DNA of 64,000 nucleotides from Escherichia phage CMSTMSU. The notes beneath the pieces are model-generated. The model saw only the letters and a program-made list of their open reading frames with translations. It searched no databases and was not told where the DNA came from. This document shows positions 52,540-64,000 of this stretch, one piece after another (position 1 is the first letter of the stretch; each line of letters starts with the position of its first letter). The stretch is taken from the sequence record MH494197.1; one strand, written 5' to 3'. The translations under genes were made by a program, and so were the position numbers.

Positions 52540-53872
52540 GATATTAGTACTGGTAGTGTTCAAAGTGACAAAATTGAAATTTTATCATCAAATACCACAA
52601 GCAATAGTAATGCTGGGTTAACAAGTAACATTGATTTCCAAATTTATGATACAATTCAACAAGAAAACGGTTATCTTGATGGATCTCGTGTGATTATCAC
52701 CTCTGAAAATGTTGATAGTAATGGCATTCCACTAGAACCTAATCAATTCAGAGAAATTGTACCTAATTGGACTGGTGAAGATGCAGTTAAATATGGTGGT
52801 ATATTGGTTTTCCAAGAAAATGATGACTTCACTATATCAGTACTGTCATTACCGAGCGATACTTTCACTATTCTTGATTCTTCATGGGCTTATACAATGG
52901 ATCAGGCACTTGCAGAAACTAATGCGTATAAGAGAAGTGAATTTGTTCGCAACAATGCTATTCGCTCAACAACATTGAGTGGTATCTATAGTAAAGGTTC
53001 AGGCTTTATGGTTGGCTTTAAATACGATGGTAAATATTACTTCATAGAACAAACTGTTGGTAATAATAATGACCGTTTAAACCAATTAATTGAGAACTTG
53101 ACCTATTCTGATGATACAACTGCTGCAACTCCTGAACTTGCGTTTTATCGTGCTATTGTTAATATCGGTACTAATGCTGATGTTAACCAGAAGTTAGATT
53201 ATTATGGTTATAAAGATGTAACTTCACAATATACCGTAAAACGAATGCAAGAACTGGTATTGACTTCCACTGGAAACATTATGCACCAGATGATAATCGC
53301 ATTGACCCAAGTAGAACAAACTTGATTGACATGTATGTATTAACCAATTCATACAAAACTGAAGTTGATGTATGGTTGAAGAATGGAACACAAGGTAATA
53401 TGCCTAAACCGCCAACATCTGTTGAATTGAAAGACATTTTTAAAGAAGTTGAACAAAAAATAGTCATCAGTGACAGTATTATTTGGCATAGTGCAGAATA
53501 TCTACCATTATTTGGTGCGAGTGCTGCTGAAGATTATAAAGCAGATTTCAAAGTTGTAAAATTGCCTAACAGTACAATGAGTGATGATGAAATTCGTCAA
53601 AATGTCGTAGCACTAACTAACGAGTATTTTAATGTTGATAACTGGGACTTTGGTGAAAGTTTTATTACACAGACTTGTGTACATACATTCATTCCCAATT
53701 AGGACGACATATTAGTACTATTGTTATCGTAGCTCAAAATCCTAACTCTAAATTTGGTTCACTATTTGAAATACCTTCACGTTCTGACCAGATTTTCTTA
53801 AGTACTGCATCAGTTGATAACGTACAGATAGTCAATTCCTTGGCTAAGAGTAACATTAACATTGGTTCATAA
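52540..53872 (+). CDS. Baseplate/tail structural protein (frame-disrupted; may be contiguous with the previous gene)
   Basis: ORFs 52690-53325, 53322-53702, 53675-53872. Confidence 0.3.
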
Positions 53873-53878
53873 CACATT

Positions 53879-53916
53879 AAGGCGTTCTTCGGAACGTCTT
53901 TTTATATCATAAATAA
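53879..53916 (+). terminator. Intrinsic terminator followed by late-promoter-like cATAAATAA
   Basis: GGCGTTC-ttcg-GAACGTC then TTTTT (53881-53903); CATAAATA at 53908-53915. Confidence 0.55.
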
Positions 53917-53938
53917 ATCAAATGAATGAACGAATTAT

Positions 53939-54961
53939 ATGGAGTCCAAAATGACTAATAATTTTAAGTTTCAACCTACACAGATGGCTGAAGCAGTACA
54001 GAAGAAGCTTTTCATAAAAAGATTGCCTGAGTGGATGCAAGGCTTAGAAGATATTCAGAAAGTCAGTGATGATGTTATCCAACAATGGTTTAATCCGGCT
54101 GAAAACGAATTAGTTGACGGCTACATTGGTGACATGGGTTCTCCGGCAGCAGCAGGGAACATCTTCTTACACGAGTCAACAGTCGCACGTCAACTATATC
54201 AGTTGTCCTCTGCGTATGTCTCAAGAAATGATGACTCCAGCATTCGTTCAATTCAATTTTATGATGATCTAGTTGGTTATATGAATCATTACGGTGCACT
54301 AACCGAAAATGAAAGCCGTTTGTTTAATGGTAAGTTCTATTCATGGACCCACCAATTAACCCAAATAAAATGAACAACTACAGTTCATACCTATGGGATT
54401 CCAAGAATAGCTATAATATCACAACTCCAGATTATATTGTAATGGAACGTGGTGCAGAAAATGGTAACACTTGGTCACTACAAAACTTCTGGTACACATT
54501 AGGTGAAACTTTAGAAGATGGTACAATCCTAACTGAAGAACTAATGCAAGATTCCGTTTTGTTCGTGCTCGTGCTCCAATTATCGAATACAATAAAAATA
54601 TCGAACTAATGAACTACGGTACTAAATTCCGTGGACAGTTGATTTGTTCTCTGATATTATTAAACCTGAAGATATCGTACAAAAAGATATTAACAGCGGT
54701 ATACGTATTGATGGTATTATTCCACAAGATGGTATGCGTATTCTTTTCACCAGTATTGGTAACAATGGTGAAAACAACCGAATTTATAAAGTATATGTTA
54801 AACGTATGCAAGATGGAACACGTGTGTATGGTCTAGCATTAGACCCAGACGAAGAATCTGAAAGCCGTCCGAGTGGTGAACCACAAGATGGTGACGTAGT
54901 TCTTATTATCAAAGGTAATGAATTTGGTAACAGTTCCATGTATTGGGACGGTTCTCATTGA
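53939..54961 (+). CDS. Structural protein (~340 aa, frame-disrupted)
   Basis: ORFs 53939-54373, 54343-54609, 54644-54961. Confidence 0.3.
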
Positions 54962-55563
54962 TTCAAGCACAGTCTAAAACTTCTGTGAACGTATTTCCAC
55001 AATTCCAATTGTATGACCGTAATGGTGTTAAACTAAACAACACTACTACCTATCCATCAAGTACTTTTACTGGTTCTTCATTATTTGGTTTTAAAATTAA
55101 CTATAATTATGCAACCGATAGCGTTTATGGTTATAACATTGAACTGGGTGATTACAATTATTACACCTATGAGAATTTCCTACAATCAACTCGTTATACT
55201 TACGAGCATTTGGGTGTGGAAGTTGAAATTGATGGACTATATTACTATAACGTAATTGGTGAAGGTAATACAATGAACCTAGAAACTGATTGGGTTCGTA
55301 GTACTGAATACTCCAAACAATATGTTAAACAAACTCCACAGGTTGAACGTACAGTAATGTTCCGCGTGTTCAGTACTGTTTATGACATGGAAAGTTTCAA
55401 AGAACCAGTTGAAGGAATGTATGCTTATGTAATTGAAGTTGACCGAACTTATCAATATTACAAAGCAGAACGTGAAACATATCTTGATTGGCATGTTATC
55501 GTTGGTGATGGAGTACAAAGCGTTAAGTACAATCATACATTTGAATTGGCACAAAAGTACTAG
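54943..55563 (+). CDS. Structural protein (~205 aa)
   Basis: Tyr/Asn-rich ORF. Confidence 0.3.
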   Translation: MGRFSLIQAQSKTSVNVFPQFQLYDRNGVKLNNTTTYPSSTFTGSSLFGFKINYNYATDSVYGYNIELGDYNYYTYENFLQSTRYTYEHLGVEVEIDGLYYYNVIGEGNTMNLETDWVRSTEYSKQYVKQTPQVERTVMFRVFSTVYDMESFKEPVEGMYAYVIEVDRTYQYYKAERETYLDWHVIVGDGVQSVKYNHTFELAQKY

Positions 55564-55572
55564 ATAATTCTG

Positions 55573-58500
55573 ATGATATTATCGAACTAGTTGTTGATGG
55601 TGTGGAAATAAAAGAATACACCAAAACTGTAGTTAATAATCAAGTACAAAGTATTACAATTGATAGCTCTGTTGATTTGGATGAAGATTCTGTTGTACAA
55701 ATCAGAACTTATAGTAGCACTATCACTCCTAATAAAGAGTTGGGTGCATATGAAGTTCCAATTAACCTACAAAATAACCCATATAATTCAAACATTGAAT
55801 ACATCAACCAAGGTGATTACACCTGCACTTCCAAGATATTATTCAAAAGAATATTACATCTGGTTCTGCTGATGACTTTAACAATTACGAAGAACGTTTG
55901 GCTGCTGGTTTGGTTAATAATGGTGTAGGTACTAAAATTATTCAAAACGAAGCGTCTATGCTACCACTAATGGCACATACCGCTAATGAAGATATTGATT
56001 TGTTTGAATCAATCATGTTTATGCAAGCAGAATACTTCCGCTTCATCAACAAGTTCAACACTCAAATGCTTCGTTTGTATGAAGAAGACCCAAGTGCATT
56101 TCTTGGTAATAGTGCATCAAACATCGTAGATGCGATTCTAACAGCTATTAATATGGGACGTGATAGTACATTCCCATTCTACTATGACAACGTTGCAAGC
56201 ACTGCTGGGTTTATTCGTGCATTTGTCCCACCAACTCCACAGTTCTTGGGTATTTTGCAAGCTTATACGCCACAAAAAGCAACATTCTTAACTGCTGGTA
56301 GTAAATCTAGCTGGTATAATATCAGTCATACTGGTATTATTTCAAAAGCATACCGTGTTATCAATGGTGTTGATAAAATGGATGACGTTGTTTTCGAATT
56401 GGAGAATCGTATCTTTAATAGTATTGACCTTACTTTCAAGGATATTGATTATAAACCAGTACTAAACAGTGAAGACCTATTCCCAACTCCATATTTCACT
56501 GGTACTGATTATAGTGCAGAAGAAAAGAAAACTCTATTGCTACGTGGTTACATTAACTTCACAGCAACCAATGGTATTAGTAACAGTACTCATGATTATG
56601 ATGCAAATAACTGGAGAACTTGGAACTATACTGGTAGTTATTATGTTGTTGATGGTCAGCGTACTGAAATTCCTGCTCGTGGTTCATGGCGTGCAATCTA
56701 TACTGATCAATACGGAACATATCGTCCAGCAACCCACCCGTGGGAAATGATGGGCTTCTCTCAACGTCCTACTTGGTGGAACCAAGAATACGAACCAACC
56801 GCAGTTCAAGTTGGTGAACGTGAGGGTGATGTTGTTTATGTGTATGAAGCACTAGTAATGAATGAAAGTGGTGATTTGGTCCCAAGTGGATTGTGGGATA
56901 TTGATGGTACTATCGGTGACAGCAGCACTGGCACTATTTTGTCCGGTGAACGCCGTGGTCAATATGACAAATACAAGCGTTTCGGTGTACAGCCATTTAA
57001 AATCACTAAGACTGGCGAGAAAACCAGTACTGGTATTGATATTTGTGAAGTTGAGTATATTGCACCTGAAGTTTTAGGTCTTGTTAGTGGTAATTTGGAT
57101 CATCGTGCAGAACCGTGGGCTTATGGTGACATGGGTGACATGGAATTCACTTACATGAACACTGCGATGTTTGCTTATGACCAAATGCTTCTTCTATACA
57201 AAGCAAAACCAGCACAGTTTGCAAACTATTACTGGGATACCCGTAATGATAACCTTAAACCAGTTTATACTGATGGTTCACAGTTCCTTTATGGTGAAAC
57301 TCGTAAGCGTCTAAACTTTGACAGTACTACATTAGTACATGGTGAGAAAAACACCCGTACTATCGGTTATCAAATGTTTGTTAGTGACTATTTGATGTAT
57401 CAGAACAAGAACATTACCACCAAATACGGTGACGTTGTTCGTTCTTCTTATGTTAATGTTGCTCACAAAATTGGTGGCTTTACTAAAGCAGACCAATTGA
57501 CATTCACTGCTAAATCTTTCGGTTTGATTTCACAAGAAAACCAAACTATCGGTCTAGTTCGTTCCAATAACATTCGCGATGAGCAAATGAGTGCAGTAAA
57601 AATTACTTGGAATGGTAGTGCATATCAAATTGATGGTTATGATTTAGTTGGTGCTAAATTTAAATATAAAATTCCAGTTAAAAATGGAAGAAAAGTAACT
57701 CTTAAATTGGAAGACAGAACTGTTGTTCATTACAATGAATGGAAATCTGAAGGTACATTAGAATATGGTAAAATATTCAATACATACCAAGAAGTTTATA
57801 CTTTCATTTGTGGATATGGTGAATATCTAAAAGAACATGGCTGGATTTTTGAAGATGTAAATGATAGTGGTGCTCAACAAGACTGGACAACTATTGCTAA
57901 AGACTTTGTTATTTGGAGTCAGAATAATTTAAGTACTGGTGAGTTCATCTCCTGTACTCCAAGTGCAGCTAATGCTAAATTTGGTGCAGATTTTGGTTCA
58001 GTTCAATCTGTTACACAGAACAGTGGTGGTGTTTGGTCATTACTTGATGATGAAAACCAAGGTATCCGTCAATATGAAATCGAAACGTCGCGTATCGGTA
58101 ACGTATTCACAGTGAGAACTACATCCGAATCACAAAACGTATGGCGTTGATTCGTTTGAGCCTAAGTTCATATGAACACGCAGTTGTTTTGATGATAAAA
58201 CTATCTTTGGCGATTACATTTACCAACCAACTTATGGTGCTATTCAAGAATTGATTAAAATGTATGGTTACATTACTGGGTCATGGACTGGTCGCCTACA
58301 AGCACCGGTTTCATTATCCTAGAAGCAGGAACTTTACCATCATTTGAAAAATTAGTAACTGATTTTGAATTATATTATAATAGTGAAACTCCTGTGAGTG
58401 ATGTTCAGCTTCAAGAGTTATCAAATCACTTGATTGGCTATCAAACTCGTGATTATCTACAACGTATGATTAGTAGTGATGTTAGTCGTGTTGATTTCTA

Positions 58501-61500
58501 TAAAGGATTCATTCATGACAAAGGTACTAACCAAGTAATGGAAAAAGTACTCGCGTTTCTAAATCTTACGACACTGATGAATATAAAGCACTACAGGAAT
58601 GGGCATTTAAGATTGGCACTTATGGTAATATCAATGGTAAGAAAAATCTACAATTTAAACTAATCAATGACCAATTTAAACAACAACCACAGATGGTTTC
58701 GTTTGATGTTAATGCTACATCAAATGGTACTGGTAATGGTATTGTTTATTACGGTGAACAAGGGGTTGACTCACGCTGGATTACTCGTCCAAATGGTAAG
58801 TTTTCATTCCCAATGCGTAGTGGAAGAAGTGAGAATATCCAACTTCCAGACATTGGTCCTGTAACACTAGATGAAATTTCATACGTTACTAAAGATTTCA
58901 GTACTGCATATAATGATCGTATCAATTATATGAATAACAGTGGTGAAATCCCAGATTCTGTATGGATGTTTAAAGATGGTAATGATTTGTGGAATATTTT
59001 CGAACTAGTAGACACTGAAGTTGAGATGCTCTCTATCGTTCCAATTGAAAATACCGATGTATATGCAGAACAATTCTGTAAAGTAACTCTAAGTGATGAT
59101 ATCCCACTAAATGATGGTGATTATTATTACTTTGTTGATGAAACTAACTTTATGCCAGATACATTGACTATAGAAAGTCAATATTATACTGCGGGTAATG
59201 ACCCTAGAGTTATGGTAGTTCCGTTTGACACTTCAATCACTATTGACTTCACTGATCCTGATACTCGCCCACGCTTGTATCGTTATGTTTCACGATTCAG
59301 TACTGAAGAGATGCGTCAGGAATACATTGACAGAAAATATAGTTTTAAAGCTCCACAAAGTACTTTGTTTGACCGCCCAACCACATATGATGAGCGTACT
59401 AACATTACTGCGTTGTACCTAAACGTGTTTGACCCAATCAACGGTGTTATTCCGGTGCAGCGATGCAGAACGTTACCTACACATCTCCAGTTGACCCAGC
59501 ACAATACAACAGCAATGGTGAATTGATTCAAGCATGGGGTGCTGATAAAGTTGGTCAGGTTTGGTGGAACACCAGCACTGCTTTCTACTTAGATTACACT
59601 CGTGCAATCTATGATGCTGATGGTAATGTGGATGTTGATGCAACAAATGAATATAAACGTTATAACTGGGGCAGATTGCTACCGCACAGTACTGTTGATG
59701 TTCTTGAATGGGTATGTTCGCCAGTTGAACCATATAACTGGGACAAATACTGCAAAGACGTTGCTAACAAAAATAAAACAACACTATGTACCTACCAAGT
59801 GGAACCGCATTGGAAGATAATTATAGTACGTTCTTAGAATATGATAGCACAACTGATACTTATGTTACAAAATACTATTTCTGGGTACGTGATACAATCT
59901 ATGTACCACCATTGCATTCCAGAACTAAATCTTGTACTGATATTGCTCGTATTATTAAAGAACCAGCACAGCTTAACATTCCTTGGTTTGCACCAATCAA
60001 TGAAAGCTCGTTCATTCTAAGTAATATGCAATTTGAAGTCAACGATGACACAAGTATTTTAACTGTTTCTTATTACATGGATAATACTGAAGTTATTAAA
60101 CATGACCAGTATCAATTATGTAAAGAAGGTGATAGCTATAACTTCAATCCATCAATCTGGACTTCTATGTGGAATTCTATGATCGGTCAAGAAACTACTG
60201 AATCAGGAACTGTTATTGATTTACTATATCCTTTAGTACCAAACGGTTTAGGTTCTAATAAGACTTGGTTCCAAGATGTAATTGAAGCTCGTAGAAACTT
60301 TGTAGAAAGTGCAAATAACTATTATCGCTCACAGAATATAACAACTAACACTGTTCTAATGGACGAAGTGTTTAATGTTAAAACTACTGAAGTTAACCCG
60401 AATGAAGTATCATATCGTGTACTAACTTACAATAGTGAATTAGTCATTGCACCTGAAAGTGACAAGTTCAAAGAAAACGACGCAGTACTAGTAAGTACTA
60501 GTGGTGTATTACCTAACCCACTATCAACTAGCTCTGTATATTTTGTGCATATTGATGCTAATGGTTATATTCATCTAATGAATAGTCCATCAAGTGCTGG
60601 TAGTGTGGTTACCATTACATTGGAAAACCGTGGTGAAGGTCAACAGAAAATGATTAAACAATCAGACTATGTTGAAGCACTAGGAACTTCATTGGACATG
60701 ACCCAGTACTGGTCACTAGCAGATTGGTATGATATTGGCTACGATAAAAATACTGCATATACACAAGAATCCAGCCTAGAAGATGCAAACACTAAGAACT
60801 ATCAAGTTGGCGACATTATCAGAATTACAGATGTTGATGGCATCTGGACATTGTACATTAAAGCACAATCACGTGATTCAGTTTACTGGAAAGCAATTGG
60901 TCGTGAAAATAGTACAGTTGAATTGAATGATATGTTATACGCTGACTATACAGTTCGTGATGCTAATGGTTCGTTGAGTAATCGTGAGATTAACGTTCGT
61001 AAAGCACTAGCTTTATTGAAGAACTCATTCGACTTACATCAGAGTGAAATTGTGTTTGATATGGTTAAGTATGTTCACGTAGAACAAAGCGTTGTTGATT
61101 GGGTATTCAAAACATCTTACATTTATATTGTAGGTTTAGAACAATCATTAGTACAGAACTATTCCAACGACAACTTGATTAATCAAATCGTTGAGTACTT
61201 TGAAGAAGTTAAACCATATAGAACTAAGATTCGTTCCCAGATTGAACAGAAAACTTCAGATGATGATTTAATTAAAGGTTTGTGTAATGATTTAGATCCT
61301 AATGGCTATATATTTGCAGATGGGACTTGGGTTAAAACGGAAAAAGACATTTGGGATTATGAATATGCTCAATTCAATGAGGTAACTCAACGTTGGGAGC
61401 AAGTTGGTGAATTGCCAAGTGATTTCGTAGCACCTAATCGCCGTTTCCAAGAAATTGATGTTATCATGCACTACGACAACACTCAATGTAAACCAAATGA

Positions 61501-62035
61501 TAATTTGGCAAGTGTTGATGTATTGGAAGAAGTGAATAAGAAATATCAATCTAATGCACAAGATGTTGTTAGTAATTTTGAATTACAACGTTACAAATAT
61601 ACATTCCCAGAATACAGTGATGAAGATTTCGACCTATTGGTTGCTTATCAGATGCAATTGTATTACCCAGAATTGAACGTAACTCTAGGGATTGCTTACG
61701 GTGTTAACCAATGGTATGCAGACCATGCAGATGATTTGGTAGCAACCGCAGAATTCACAGAAACGTTGAATCGTGTATATAAAGAATCAACACAAAATGA
61801 AATGTTTAATGACGTAAATCATTACGTTCAGTATAACACACTCTCTAACCGTTTGAAATTGTACACAGGTGCAGATGATGAAGTAATTCATGATGAAGTT
61901 GGATGTGGATTTAGTGGGTTAACCTATGATGATAATCCAAGCACCAGACTACCGTTTGGTTATGCATCCAGTACTGATTATAACTTTGGTTACTTTGAAG
62001 TTAGTAGTGAGTTGTATAAAAGTATGTTTCTTTAA
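55573..62035 (+). CDS. Very large baseplate/tail-fibre structural protein(s), ~2150 aa if one gene (frame-disrupted)
   Basis: Sense-like coding across ORFs 55602-55928, 55898-58150, 58283-58663, 58693-59526, 59463-59837, 59786-62035. Confidence 0.4.
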
Positions 62036-62039
62036 TTAA

Positions 62040-63732
62040 AGAAAACAATACTACTGCAACTGATGATGAAGTTAGAATTATACTTGAAGTTGAATATGGT
62101 GTTTATTCATATCGCCATGTAGATGAAGATGGAAATCAACGATTCTACAATGACGCAATTCATGTATTGTCCGGTATGCGTGGTTTGTATGACAAAGATG
62201 CTACCGACCATTATGAAAAGGCTGAAGAAATACTAAGTAGAATGCCTATTGATATTCATGCATTTACTATGATGCCACGAAAATATGTTTATGTTAATGT
62301 TAATGGTGTATACGAGAGTATCCCAGATGACCAAAGCATTGATGATTTCATGGAAGACAAATTCATAACTGACGGTCAACTAGTTCAATTGGCAGAAATA
62401 AATCTTGATGACTTACCTCTTGATAGAAATAACCCAATGTACAGTGATTATCAGCACATCCTAGATAGCATCACCGATGCTAAGTACTACGATGATATGA
62501 ATGCATTTGATAACCTAGCACTTGAATCACAAACTTCCGAGTTAAAATGGGAAGTTGAAGGTGACGAAGTAGATCCGTACATAATCGACATTTCTGATAT
62601 TAACCCATCAGGAAGAAAGATTGGTCAGATTCGCTTCACAGTTGATGGTTATGGATTCAATAGTGTTTCACTAGTTCAATTGAGAGACAATAGTAGATAT
62701 AAAACTGAAGGTATGGTTATTATCAACCCTTATAAAACAACAGAAGCAATTGTTAGTATTCCTTCTTACGCTAAGATTGAAAATGATATTAGTAAATCAT
62801 ACAGTAAGTATGATGAAAAATACTTCTATAAAATTAAATCAATTGTTAGTGATACAGAAGCTGAAGTAATTGACAATACCCTATCTGATGGTGATAAGGT
62901 TATGATATTCACAACTGATGGTGAAGATTATGTGAGATACCAAAACAATGCATGGGAAACCATCTTGAGTGTATCAAAAATCAAAACTGACACCACACCA
63001 ACCTTGTACACAGTAAGAAACACTGCGAACGGAACTGTAGAACTACTAGATAGTACTGGAGTTGTACTTCGTTATGATAACATCACTAAACAACAACAGA
63101 ATGAACCAGCAATACCTCTAGCATTGAACATCGTTCGTATTAGAACCTTTGCTGATCCAGAATTCTTGGTTGATGGTGTTAAGTTGTATGAAACAAATAG
63201 AAACTATGCTATCGACGCAATGAACTATGAAGTATTCTACGACACAACACTATACGGTGGTTCTTATAATGATGGAATTACACCAGATGACGTTGATGTT
63301 TGGGTAGTGTCTAACGAGATATTTGAAGTTGATGGTGTTACCATTGATAACGGATATAACTTACCAATTACTGGTGCAGGTGTTCTTAGTGAGTTAGTGA
63401 GAACCAAAATGACTGATAGTGTGGAAATTAACGTGTTCGAGTATGATGTTGGTATTATTCAACCAGTACTGAATACTGAAGGGGTATGGGAATATGCATA
63501 TCCACTAGTTAGTGATACATATATTGGTGTAGTTGGTGGAACAGTAACTAACATTACTGCTATCAGTGAAGAAAATGCTACTTATGTTTCACAACCAGAT
63601 TCAGTTAGTCCATATAGTGTTACTAATAATGTTCTATCTGGTGCTGGTGCAAGTATGAATGATATTATTTCTCTTGGTTTTGAAAAAGTTGAAGTACGTT
63701 TTGCAAATAACTACTCCGTGGGTAATGTATAG
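62040..63732 (+). CDS. Large structural protein (may continue the preceding ORF)
   Basis: ORF 62167-63732 with upstream in-frame coding from ~62040. Confidence 0.35.
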
Positions 63733-63907
63733 TGCAGAACACGACTTTAAAGAGAATGTGACATATTCATTTAATGGCTTGAACTTAGGTAAAGTTAATT
63801 TACTAAAACGTTATAGTGTTAACAGTTATCCAATCGAACTATCTGTTTACTCCGATAGTTTGCAAATAAGTGGTAATGACATTAAAAATCTATTAGAAGT
63901 TAAATAA
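63725..63907 (+). CDS. Small protein (60 aa) before the terminator
   Basis: ATG overlaps the previous stop (ATGTATAG). Confidence 0.3.
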   Translation: MYSAEHDFKENVTYSFNGLNLGKVNLLKRYSVNSYPIELSVYSDSLQISGNDIKNLLEVK

Positions 63908-63908
63908 C

Positions 63909-63940
63909 AAAAGGAGAGCATTTGCTCTCCTTTTCTTTTT
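63909..63940. terminator. Intrinsic terminator, near-copy of the one at 19512
   Basis: AAGGAGAGC-attt-GCTCTCCTT then TTTCTTTTT. Confidence 0.7.
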
Positions 63941-64000
63941 ACGCAATAACTTTTTCTATTGCTTTAGTTCGTTTAGGTTTGATAGCCAATTTACCATCAA

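Noticed and set aside
19512-63940. Possible CRISPR-like repeat (AAGGAGAGC...GCTCTCC occurs three times)
   Set aside because: Copies are tens of kb apart, each is a single palindromic hairpin followed by a T-run at a gene end, and there is no repeat-spacer periodicity; these are terminators.

Overview
This window reads as a contiguous segment of a large, AT-rich myovirus genome carrying the T4 core gene set. From 1 to about 36.8 kb almost everything is on the minus strand: primase, DnaB-like helicase, UvsW-like helicase, DnaQ-like exonuclease, RecA/UvsX-like recombinase, gp32-like SSB, large terminase, flap endonuclease, GroES-like co-chaperonin, family B DNA polymerase, major capsid protein, scaffold, prohead protease and portal. 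A mixed-orientation region (36.9-43.4 kb) holds a late CxxC protein, a promoter/terminator-bounded unit with no convincing ORF, and a minus-strand Rad50/Mre11/late-sigma (gp46/gp47/gp55-like) block. From 43.4 kb to the end the plus strand encodes baseplate and tail proteins: LysM-type wedge protein, gp5-like spike, lysozymes, gp25-like and gp6-like proteins, and very large structural ORFs. Two promoter classes recur: sigma70-like early promoters (TGAGAC/TGGGAC, 17 nt, TATAAT, often TGcTATAAT) and T4-type late promoters (TATAAATA). Two hairpin terminator families recur. Nearly every conserved gene is split over two to four frames, so coordinates are gene spans rather than clean ORFs. All homology calls come from reading motifs and recalled family sequences, not from a search. 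No tRNA, CRISPR array, integrase or reverse transcriptase was seen. I could not identify a defined novel system; the strongest candidates are the ORF-less unit at 38.2-38.7 kb, the T5orf172 cassette beside the capsid gene, and the detached lysin genes after the spike.
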